A stretch of DNA of 64,000 nucleotides from Corallococcus caeni (GTDB lineage Bacteria; Myxococcota; Myxococcia; Myxococcales; Myxococcaceae): assembly GCF_036245885.1 (NCBI RefSeq), contig NZ_BTTX01000008.1. One strand, 5' to 3'. Positions 1 to 7,704 of the stretch are shown here, piece after piece; position 1 is the stretch's first letter, and each line of letters opens with the position of its first letter. The notes beneath the pieces are model-generated. The model was not told the origin of the DNA. It did no database searches and worked only from the letters and a program-made list of their open reading frames with translations. Both the position numbers and the translations under genes were made by a program.

Positions 1-524
1 TGTGGAGCGAGTTCCGCTACCGCAAGTTCGGCATCCTCTACCGCCAGGGCCTGCGCTTCTTCAGCGAGCACAACCTGGTGCTGCGCGGCGAGCTGGCCGT
101 GGGCAAGGACCTGCCCTTCCACCAGGAGCTGGTGATGGGCGGCACCACGCTGCGCGGCTTCCAGTACCGGCAGTTCCGCGGCGACACCCGGCTCACCTTC
201 ACCGCCGAGTACCACTTCCCCCTCTTCAAGGTGAAGTCGCTGGCCTTCCGCGGCGTGGGCTTCTCCGACACGGGCGCCATCGCGTGGCGGGACCTGCCCT
301 CCGACGGGATCCTCTTCGACGCCAGGGGACGCAACATCCGCGGCTACCTGCCGGAGTCGTATTCGCCAGAACAGCCGGCCGTCACCGTGGCCCAGGGCGT
401 GGGCGCGGGCCTGCGGCTGTACCTCAACAACGTCGTGCTGCCCCTGCTGGGCGTGGACGTCGCATACGGCGTCAACTCCGGCCAGCTGCGCTTCTACCTC
501 GTGGCCGGAGTCACGCCCTCCTGA
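1..524 (+). CDS. Outer-membrane protein, Omp85/BamA-family C-terminal beta-barrel; 5' end lies outside the window
   Basis: Frame 3 is open from position 3 to the stop at 522-524 (includes ORF 78..524). The translation ...FRYRKFGILYRQGLRFFSEHNLVLRGELAVGKDLPF...NSGQLRFYLVAGV ends in an aromatic-rich C-terminal beta-strand typical of the surface antigen (D15) barrel. The overlapping frame-2 ORF 2..553 is Arg/Pro-rich junk. Confidence 0.55.
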   Translation, partial: WSEFRYRKFGILYRQGLRFFSEHNLVLRGELAVGKDLPFHQELVMGGTTLRGFQYRQFRGDTRLTFTAEYHFPLFKVKSLAFRGVGFSDTGAIAWRDLPSDGILFDARGRNIRGYLPESYSPEQPAVTVAQGVGAGLRLYLNNVVLPLLGVDVAYGVNSGQLRFYLVAGVTPS

Positions 525-533
525 GGCGGCCCG

Positions 534-1490
534 CTAGCTGGCGCGGGCGTTGACGGCCACGTCCGCGTCCGGCGCGGGCGGCACCACGCCGGGCCACGCC
601 TCCGGCGGCAGGTCCAGGCTGAAGGGCGGCGCCTCGCCGCGCACCGTCCGCCATAGCGCCTTGTCCGCGCACAGCGCCTGGGCAATGCGGCCGGACGTCG
701 TGCGCACGCGCTCCACGACGGCCTGGTACTCCTCGGGCGTCTGCGCCTCCAGCATCGCGACGACGTTCTCCCAGACGCGCTGCCGCCAGACGATGAGCAT
801 CTGCATCACGGCCCGCTCCACCACGGGGCGGCTGAAGGGCACCTTCAGCAGCAGCTTCGTGGACATGCAGTGATAGCGCTCGGCGAGCAGGTCCAGGCAC
901 TCCGGGATGCACGAGCGGAGGATCTCGTTCACGTGGAAGTAGTCGTGCCGGTAGCGCGCCATGCGACGCGCATCCGCCGGCGGCGACTGGTGCGCGATGT
1001 TGTCGTAGACGACCATCCCCAGGTCGTGGTTGATGTGGGCGCTCACGCCCAAGAGCGCGTCCTGATACGGCTGCGTGAGCCCCTGCGCCGGGTAGTGCGT
1101 CGCGAAGCGCCACGCCGCGGTGGGCAGCGGCAGGTTCTTCAGCGAGTCGCGCACCGCGATGAGCGCCTCCTCCGCGAAGCGGCCCGTCAGGTGGGACAGC
1201 CACTCGGGCTCCAGGAAGCCCCCCGCGTCCGGCCGGCTCAGCAGGTGGACGACCTTCCGGGTCACGATGGCGTAGATGTCCAGGAAGATGGCGCGTGAGT
1301 CGTTGCGCGCGTTCAGCCGGCCGAGGATCTTCTCCAGCCCCTCCAGCGCCTCCTCGGCGTCGACGGGGTTCCAGAGCACGTCATCCAACTGGATGGGTCC
1401 CTGCGCGTCCGACGCCTTCGTCTCATGGAGGTGGACGGGCTTCGAACGCTGCTTGCGGTGGGACGAGGGGGAGGCCGGTGAAACAGTCAT
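534..1490 (-). CDS. Conserved hypothetical protein (ORF open to 1619; likely start is the internal Met at 1490)
   Basis: ORF 534..1619 has protein-like composition (HINHDLGMVVYDNIAHQSPPADARRMARYRHDYFHVNEIL...). The internal ATG at 1490 (MTVSPASP...) is preceded by GGAG at about -8. No family is recognised with confidence. Confidence 0.5.
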   Translation of the reverse strand: MTVSPASPSSHRKQRSKPVHLHETKASDAQGPIQLDDVLWNPVDAEEALEGLEKILGRLNARNDSRAIFLDIYAIVTRKVVHLLSRPDAGGFLEPEWLSHLTGRFAEEALIAVRDSLKNLPLPTAAWRFATHYPAQGLTQPYQDALLGVSAHINHDLGMVVYDNIAHQSPPADARRMARYRHDYFHVNEILRSCIPECLDLLAERYHCMSTKLLLKVPFSRPVVERAVMQMLIVWRQRVWENVVAMLEAQTPEEYQAVVERVRTTSGRIAQALCADKALWRTVRGEAPPFSLDLPPEAWPGVVPPAPDADVAVNARAS

Positions 1491-1649
1491 GGAATGACGC
1501 TCCGCGGGGTGGGGGAACGACTTCGCATGAAAGCTTATATCAACCTGCACATCCTGTGACAGCGGCCCACCCCGGAAGTGGGGAACTGTTTCAACGGGCC
1601 CCCGCGTGTCGAGACTCACGCGGGGGCTTTTGTCACAACGTCGTCAAAC

Positions 1650-2939
1650 TCAGGGGGCGGTGCCTTCGCTGACGCTGCTGCCCGTCTTGCCCAGGACGTA
1701 CTTCGCGAGCGCCAGGGCGTTGTTCTCGTCGACGAGGGTCTCGTAGGTGGGCATCTGCGTGCCGGGCTTGAAGGACTCGGGGTTGCGGATCCACTTCGCC
1801 ACTTCCTCGGGGGCCTTGCCCTTGGCGCCCTGGAGCTTGGCCTCGTAGGCCTTGCCGGGGGCGTGGCAGGTGGCGCAGCCCAGGGAGCTGAACATCTTCT
1901 CCGGGTCGGCGGAGGGCTCCGCCTTGGGGCGGCCACCGGTGGGGGGCGGCACGACCTTGTCGTTGGGCTTCATGGAGCGCAGGAAGGTGTAGAGGGCCGC
2001 GAGCTCCACGTCGTCCGCGTAGCGGTACTTGGGCATGGGCGGGCGCAGGATGTAGCCGCCCGGCGTCACGCCGGTGACCATGGCGTGCTTGAACTCATCC
2101 AGCGTCCACTTGCCGATGCCGGCCGTCTCGCTGACGGTGATGTTGGGCGACAGCAGCTTGCCTTCGCCACCCAGCGGCGTGAGGTCGAACTCGAAGCCGC
2201 CGCTCAGCACGGTGTCCGGGTGCTGCAGCTTCACCGCGCTGCCGTCGAAGCCCGGCGAGTGGCAGAAGACGCAGTCGTAGACGCTGCCCGCCAGGTAGCG
2301 GCCGTACTCCACGGAGTCCGCGGACTTCGCGGGCACGGGCACGGCTTCCGTGCGGCTCTTGTCGTTGATGCCCATGGCGAACGCGAACACCATCCGGCCC
2401 GGGGGCGTCAATTCGGAGCGCGGCGGCTGGGCCTTCTCCGGCGCGAAGTCCGGGTGCCCGGAGCGCATGAAGCCGATGACCGCCGCGATGTCCTTGTCAC
2501 CCATGTTGGGGAACGGGGGCATGGGGCGGAAGTGGTGGCTCTTGTCGATGCCGTTGATCACCATGCGGGCGATCTCCTGGTCCGTCCAGGCGCCCACGCC
2601 CTTCTCCATGTCGGAGGTGATGTTCGCTGAGTAGAAGGTGCCCAGGTCTGGCGGGAAGTCGTGCATCCGGCCGCCGACAGGCTTGGTGTTGCCACCGCCC
2701 GCGTGACACTCGCCACACACGGCGCGGAACACCTGCTCACCGCGGGCAATGCCCTCCGGCGAGCTGTCGCGCGTGATGTTGGGCAGCGCCACATAGTCAT
2801 ACGTCTTGTTGATCTTGTGGGTGGCCACGCCCATGGCGGTACCCGCGCCAATCAAGACCAGGGCGACCAACACTCCAATGGCCAGCAGGATCTTCTTCAT
2901 CATGGGGAACGTTGCTCCGGACGAACGGGGACGAAACAC
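1650..2939 (-). CDS. Tri-heme c-type cytochrome (secreted or periplasmic)
   Basis: Three CxxCH motifs (CGECH, CVFCH, CATCH). N-terminal signal/TM segment MMKKILLAIGVLVALVLIGAG. The GTG at 2939 has GGGAGG and GGAG upstream. The alternative ATG at 2903 starts MMKK. Confidence 0.8.
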   Translation of the reverse strand: MFRPRSSGATFPMMKKILLAIGVLVALVLIGAGTAMGVATHKINKTYDYVALPNITRDSSPEGIARGEQVFRAVCGECHAGGGNTKPVGGRMHDFPPDLGTFYSANITSDMEKGVGAWTDQEIARMVINGIDKSHHFRPMPPFPNMGDKDIAAVIGFMRSGHPDFAPEKAQPPRSELTPPGRMVFAFAMGINDKSRTEAVPVPAKSADSVEYGRYLAGSVYDCVFCHSPGFDGSAVKLQHPDTVLSGGFEFDLTPLGGEGKLLSPNITVSETAGIGKWTLDEFKHAMVTGVTPGGYILRPPMPKYRYADDVELAALYTFLRSMKPNDKVVPPPTGGRPKAEPSADPEKMFSSLGCATCHAPGKAYEAKLQGAKGKAPEEVAKWIRNPESFKPGTQMPTYETLVDENNALALAKYVLGKTGSSVSEGTAP

Positions 2940-3003
2940 GGACGCTCCGGCCTCCCCACGGGGAGGGGTGGACGGAGCGCAGGCGTTGAGACGGGTGCGG
3001 CGG

Positions 3004-4134
3004 CTACTGCCCAGGCAGGCAGGTGCTGGGCGGGGGAATCGAGGGCGTCTTGGACGGGACCGCGGGCGACATCTGCAGGCCCGCGAACGTGACCAGGCCG
3101 GGGATCTGCGGGAGCGCGAGCGGCATCAGCGACCAGGGGCGGTTCTCCGGCACGCTCGTCGTGGCGTCCTTCGCCGTGTACGTCACGTTGCCCGGCGGCC
3201 CCATCAGCGGCGGGTGGACGATGGCCACCAGGCCCAGGCTGCTGTTGGGCGCCGGCGGACCGGGCGGGATGAAGAAGCCACGCGTGGACTGGAAGGGCAC
3301 GAGCGGCGGCGGCAGCGCGCCGACGGGCGCCCACTCGATGTTGAGCACGCGGCCGGACGAGGCCTCCACGGTGGTGTTGGACGCGGGCACGCGGAACACC
3401 GGGAAGCCCGGGCGGTACAGCCAGAAGACCGTGATGCCGCCGAAGCGGGCCGGGTTGAGCAGGTCCGCCACCGTCACGGACGTGCCATCGGTGAGGGTCA
3501 GGTACTTCGCCACCGCCTCCATGATGCCCTTGTCGCTCACCTGGAGCGCTTCCAGGCCCACGCACGCGCTGTGCGCCGGCACCACCGGGCGGATGGTCAG
3601 CGTGGGCAGGTAGTTGCCCTCCGGCACGGGCGGCAGCGGGAACGGCGCCGGGACGTCGTTGGCCAGCTTGACCTGCGCGGACGGCCCGCCCGGGGACAGG
3701 ACGAAGAACGGCGGACCCCGGCGCGTGGGCACCTTGTCCAGGGTCCACAGGCCGGCGGCGCTGGACAGCGTGGGCGGTGCCGGGTCGGGCGGCCGGCCCG
3801 TGGCCGGATCCGGCACCGTGTCCTGCAGGGTGATGGGCGCGTTGCGCACCACCGCGCGCTGGAGCAGCGGGCTGAACTCCGCGTACAGCGGCGGCAGCGC
3901 GCACTGCGCGGGCGGCGGCGCGCAGTTGGCCAGGTTGATGAAGTAGGCCTCCGGGTCCACCGTGAAGCCGGTCAGCCGGGAGGTGAGGCCCTCCGGCTCG
4001 CGGTTGTCATAGGTGGGGCGCGGCGTGAAGGTGGACGACGCGGGCGAGTTGGAGGACTCGGTGCAGCCGGCGTTCAGCAGGGCCGCGCCGAGCAGCGTTC
4101 CGACAAAGAGGGCTTTTTGCATGGCGGGTCGCAT
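3004..4134 (-). CDS. Putative lipoprotein, function unknown, Pro-rich
   Basis: Signal peptide with lipobox LLNAGC near the N-terminus (MQKALFVGTLLGAALLNAGC). Lies 3 bp downstream of the upstream cytochrome gene, consistent with one operon. Confidence 0.6.
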   Translation of the reverse strand: MRPAMQKALFVGTLLGAALLNAGCTESSNSPASSTFTPRPTYDNREPEGLTSRLTGFTVDPEAYFINLANCAPPPAQCALPPLYAEFSPLLQRAVVRNAPITLQDTVPDPATGRPPDPAPPTLSSAAGLWTLDKVPTRRGPPFFVLSPGGPSAQVKLANDVPAPFPLPPVPEGNYLPTLTIRPVVPAHSACVGLEALQVSDKGIMEAVAKYLTLTDGTSVTVADLLNPARFGGITVFWLYRPGFPVFRVPASNTTVEASSGRVLNIEWAPVGALPPPLVPFQSTRGFFIPPGPPAPNSSLGLVAIVHPPLMGPPGNVTYTAKDATTSVPENRPWSLMPLALPQIPGLVTFAGLQMSPAVPSKTPSIPPPSTCLPGQ

Positions 4135-4137
4135 CCC

Positions 4138-6048
4138 CTACTTCGCGGGGAGGATGTGTCTGGAGGGGAGCTGATCGCCGCCGTGGCACGTCTGCGCGCA
4201 GTTGCCGAACTTGCTGGGCGTGCCGCGCTGGTTGAAGGCGATCTGGAAGAACTCGTCACCGTGCTGGGAGATGTGGCACGAGCCGCACAGCGCCAGGCTG
4301 GGCCGCTCCGTGCTCTTGCGCGTCAGGTGGCACACGGTGCAGTCCGCGCGGTTCGCCGGGTAGCTGGGCGAGTTCATGTGGATGCGGTGCACCATCTCCT
4401 GCGTGCGGCCCACCGTGTCCGTGTCGTAGTGATGGCAGACCTTGCAGCTCTCGATGTGGTCCACCGACAGGCCGTGGCGCAGGTTGTCCAGCGACAGCAC
4501 GCCGCGGTGGCAGATCTGGCAGTTGCCCACGTTGCCCGGGTACGTCGTGGGCTCGTCCTGGCCCACCTGGAAGAAGAACGGGTTCAACTTCGCGACGCGC
4601 TCGCCCATGGACGCGCGGTTGAACTTCACCAGCGCCACGTAGGTGCCCGGCTTCGCGTTCGCCGGCAGCGTGAACGACTGGCGCGTGGGCCACTGGAAGT
4701 CGATGAGGCCCGGCGTCAGGCCCGTGAGCGTGGCGTCATCGTAGAGGGCGAACGGGAACGGCTTGGCGAAGAACTGGGGCTCGTCGCTGGGGTTGCCCAG
4801 CACCTGCAGGTCCTGCAGCGGGCCGGCGATGGCCACGTTGGAGATGGAGTCGTTCTCCATGACGGACGCGATGACGCCGGGGACGAACGTCTGGATGCCG
4901 TTGGACTGGCCGGTGATGATCTGCCGCGCGCTGGGCAGCAGGTCCTTGGAGTGCAGGTGCGCGCCCGCGCTGTCGCGCAGGTCCACGTAGATGCTCACGT
5001 CCTCGCCGGGCTTGTAGAAGCTGCCCTCCTTCGGCGGGGAGAACACCAGCCGCGAGTCCAGGCCCGGGCTGCACTGCACCGGGTTGCCGGCGTCGTCGGT
5101 GCACGTGGACGGGCGGTCATCCGGGATGACGTAGGTCACCGGGAAGTAGAACGGCTTGTCCGGCAGCTGGCTCCAGGTGGCCTTGAGCGCGCCGGGACCC
5201 GACAGGCGCGGGATGCGCAGCACCTTGAAGGGGTTGGTGCTGCCCACCATGTCCACGCGCGCGACGGTGCGGGTGGTGGGGCTCTGGTCCAGGCCGCCCG
5301 GGAAGCCCGTCACGGTGCCGGGGTCCTTGTCGCCGGGGAAGCGCGGCGGCTTCAGGTTCTCCGACCGCCAGGCGAAGCGGCTGTGGCCGGCGTAGGGCGA
5401 GGACGCCAGCAGCTCCGAGCGCAGGTACGTCTGGCTCGCGCGCGGGGTGCCCGTCTCGTCCAGCACCTCCACGGTGATGGTGTCGTCCTTCACCTTCTGC
5501 CAGTTCGCGTTGCCGAACAGCACCTCGCGGGTCCAGCAGTCCTCCACGGCGCCCGCGAGGCTGTAGAAGCTCCACTCGTCCGGGCCCTGGTTGACGTTGG
5601 TCCAGTCCAGGCCGGCGAACACGGTCTGGGTCTTGATCCACGACAGCGCGGCCGTCAGGTCGTTGGGGTTGTTGTGCTGGTTGACCACGGTCTCCGACAC
5701 GGAGAACTGGTTCAGGAAGTACTGGTTGTCCGACAGGATCTGCAGCGTCCCGGTGGGAGGCGACAGCGTCAGCGGGTTCGGCGCGAGCGGCGTGACGCAC
5801 ACGTCCGGGTACGGGACGGGCACGCTGTTCTTCGCCACCATCTGCCCGTTGGGCAGGAAGGCGCAGCCGTTGATGTACTGGAGGCTGAGCCGGATCGCGC
5901 CGGAGTTGAGCCCCTGGTAGGGGTCGAACCGCTTAGCGCCACGACCCGTGGTGGACCCCTCGTCGTCAGTGACCTTGAGGAGGTTGCAGGACAGCAGGGG
6001 CACCAGCAGGGCGCACCACGCGCTCTTCAACAGGATTGAGCGATTCAT
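4138..6048 (-). CDS. Large multiheme c-type cytochrome (N-terminal ~440-aa non-heme domain plus C-terminal penta-heme module)
   Basis: C-terminal motifs CQICH, CKVCH, CTVCH, CGSCH and an atypical CAQTCH (CX3CH). The start is taken at the internal ATG at 6048 (MNRSILLKSAWCALLVPLLSC, signal peptide). The ORF is open to 6216. Confidence 0.8.
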   Translation of the reverse strand: MNRSILLKSAWCALLVPLLSCNLLKVTDDEGSTTGRGAKRFDPYQGLNSGAIRLSLQYINGCAFLPNGQMVAKNSVPVPYPDVCVTPLAPNPLTLSPPTGTLQILSDNQYFLNQFSVSETVVNQHNNPNDLTAALSWIKTQTVFAGLDWTNVNQGPDEWSFYSLAGAVEDCWTREVLFGNANWQKVKDDTITVEVLDETGTPRASQTYLRSELLASSPYAGHSRFAWRSENLKPPRFPGDKDPGTVTGFPGGLDQSPTTRTVARVDMVGSTNPFKVLRIPRLSGPGALKATWSQLPDKPFYFPVTYVIPDDRPSTCTDDAGNPVQCSPGLDSRLVFSPPKEGSFYKPGEDVSIYVDLRDSAGAHLHSKDLLPSARQIITGQSNGIQTFVPGVIASVMENDSISNVAIAGPLQDLQVLGNPSDEPQFFAKPFPFALYDDATLTGLTPGLIDFQWPTRQSFTLPANAKPGTYVALVKFNRASMGERVAKLNPFFFQVGQDEPTTYPGNVGNCQICHRGVLSLDNLRHGLSVDHIESCKVCHHYDTDTVGRTQEMVHRIHMNSPSYPANRADCTVCHLTRKSTERPSLALCGSCHISQHGDEFFQIAFNQRGTPSKFGNCAQTCHGGDQLPSRHILPAK

Positions 6049-6222
6049 GGAAGACGAGGCCGGAGGCAGACGGGGGGAGGAAAGGGAGCAGGTGTCCTCA
6101 CGCGCGGGCCCACGCGTCCCACCCTTCCCGACGCCGCCAACGCTCCGCCACGCGGAGACGGTGAGGTCCAGGAAGGGTTGGGAGGAGAACACCTCATCGC
6201 ATCGAACTGACCACATTATGAG

Positions 6223-6243
6223 AGTCCGCGCAATTCGCGGACT
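6223..6243 (-). terminator. Intercistronic hairpin between menA and the cytochrome operon (AGTCCGCG-CAATT-CGCGGACT)
   Basis: 8-bp perfect stem with a 5-nt loop about 40 bp downstream of the menA stop on the minus strand. No T-tract follows, so this is a possible attenuator or RNA-processing site. Confidence 0.3.
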
Positions 6244-6283
6244 TCAGATCGCGCAGGGGGCTGGGGCGCCCGCCGCGCCTGAC

Positions 6284-7228
6284 TCAGGGCGTCGTCTGGG
6301 GCCAGAGGCTGAGGCCCGCGGACAGGAGCAGCGCGAAGACGAGCCCCAGCGCCGCGGTCTTGCCCAGGTGCGGGTTGAGCGCCCCGCCGTCCTCGCGCCA
6401 GATGGCGCGGATCTGCTTCACCGCGAGCGGCAGGGCCGCCAGCGTGAAGAGCCAGCCCCCCGCATGCTCCGGCAGCGCCAGCCAGGCGAGCACCGGGAGC
6501 ACGAACGCGCCGCCCACCGCCAGCGTGTACTCCCACTGCCCGAAGCGCTGGCCGAAGCGCACCACGAGCGTGCGCTTGCCGGCGACGACGTCCGTCTTGC
6601 GGTCGCGCAGGTTGTTCACCGCGAGGATGCCCGCGGAGAACAGGCCCATGGACAGCCCCGCCAGCAGCACGGCCGGCGTGACGTGGTGGGTGAGCACGAC
6701 GTAGCTGCCGCTCACTCCCAGAAGCCCGAAGATGATCAGCACCAGCACGTCCCCCAGCCCCAGGTAGCCTAGGGGGATGGGGCCCGCGGAGTAGAAGACC
6801 GCGCCCGCCAGGCAGAAGGCGCCGCCCGCGAACACCGTCCACCCTTCCGCCTGCGTCAGCAGCAGCAGCGCGAGCGAGGAGCCGGTGAACGCCAGCGCCG
6901 CGGCCGTCGCCACCTCGCGCGCGGACAGCCAGCCCTTCTGCGTGACGCGCGCCGGCCCCAGGCGCGCCTCGGTGTCCGCGCCGCGCTCGAAGTCCGCGTA
7001 GTCGTTCACCAGGTTGCTGACGATCTGCATGAGCACGAAGCCCACCAGGAACGTGAGCGCGGGCACTGGCCGCCAGGAGCCCTCCGCGTGGGCGAAGGCC
7101 CAGCCCAGCACCGTGGGCGCGATGGAGGCGGTCAGCGTCTTGGGCCGCAGCGCGAGCCACCAGACGCGGGCCAGAGGGGGTCTTGCTTCAAGCGCGACAC
7201 TCGACGACGGGAGACTCGGAGTGGCCAT
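6284..7228 (-). CDS. menA: 1,4-dihydroxy-2-naphthoate polyprenyltransferase (UbiA-family prenyltransferase, menaquinone biosynthesis)
   Basis: Polytopic membrane protein with the first Asp-rich motif NDYADFERGAD and MenA-like overall layout (8-9 TM segments, ~314 aa). Confidence 0.7.
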   Translation of the reverse strand: MATPSLPSSSVALEARPPLARVWWLALRPKTLTASIAPTVLGWAFAHAEGSWRPVPALTFLVGFVLMQIVSNLVNDYADFERGADTEARLGPARVTQKGWLSAREVATAAALAFTGSSLALLLLTQAEGWTVFAGGAFCLAGAVFYSAGPIPLGYLGLGDVLVLIIFGLLGVSGSYVVLTHHVTPAVLLAGLSMGLFSAGILAVNNLRDRKTDVVAGKRTLVVRFGQRFGQWEYTLAVGGAFVLPVLAWLALPEHAGGWLFTLAALPLAVKQIRAIWREDGGALNPHLGKTAALGLVFALLLSAGLSLWPQTTP

Positions 7229-7561
7229 GGATGTCCGGGGGAGGGCAGCAGGCGCACGGTAAAGCTACAAGCACGCCAGCTGCAAGAGGACGCAATGCCT
7301 CACATTCCATCCCCTCATGTATCACGTGTAACAGGCCCTCACGCTCTGTCGCAGACGCACCTTGTCAACGTTCCGTCCATCCGGCGCGGGCAGCAAAGGC
7401 AGACGCCAGCCGCGGTCAACGACGGCACCTGGGCGGTGCAGGGGTTCGTCCACGTTTCCGCCGGGTTCGACGTGGCCGGGCTCCTGGCCGCTCGACAGCA
7501 GGCAGGCGCCCCTGGGTATGTAGCACCCCAGATACCAGTCGAGCGGCCGCCGGGCCGTTGC

Positions 7562-7609
7562 CTTTCGTGCACCGCACCGGATGTGTGCCTGGGGCGGGAT
7601 GCACGAAAG
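7562..7609. promoter_or_regulatory. 10-bp perfect inverted repeat (CTTTCGTGCA...TGCACGAAAG, 28-nt spacer) in the 475-bp divergent intergenic region
   Basis: Seen directly in the sequence at 7562..7571 and 7600..7609, between divergent menA (start 7228) and the transglycosylase (start 7705). Confidence 0.3.
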
Positions 7610-7704
7610 CCAACGCGCGCCTGGCGAGCAGTCAGCCGGACAGGTCCCAAGCGCACCGGCAGTGCCAATCCATCCGGGTCCCTGGCGGACGAACGAGGGC
7701 TGGC

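Noticed and set aside
2-553. Frame-2 ORF (183 aa) at the window start
   Set aside because: Arg/Pro/Gly-rich nonsense. Frame 3 in the same region encodes a convincing Omp85-type C-terminus.
2806-6039. 1077-aa plus-strand ORF overlapping the cytochrome operon. Similar giant ORFs: 20920..25170 (+), 27247..31263 (+), 31444..35274 (+), 35202..37901 (+), 37715..39745 (+), 45676..48672 (+), 48533..51295 (+), 51446..53872 (-), 53869..56808 (-), 57827..60229 (+).
   Set aside because: The translations are dominated by Arg/Ala/Gly/Pro/His/Val runs with no domain-like motifs. They lie antisense to well-supported genes, which is typical of stop-codon-poor alternative frames in ~70% GC DNA.
6216-7160. 314-aa minus-strand ORF overlapping menA in another frame
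   Set aside because: Low-complexity Ala/Arg/Gly product. The menA frame has clear prenyltransferase motifs and TM segments.
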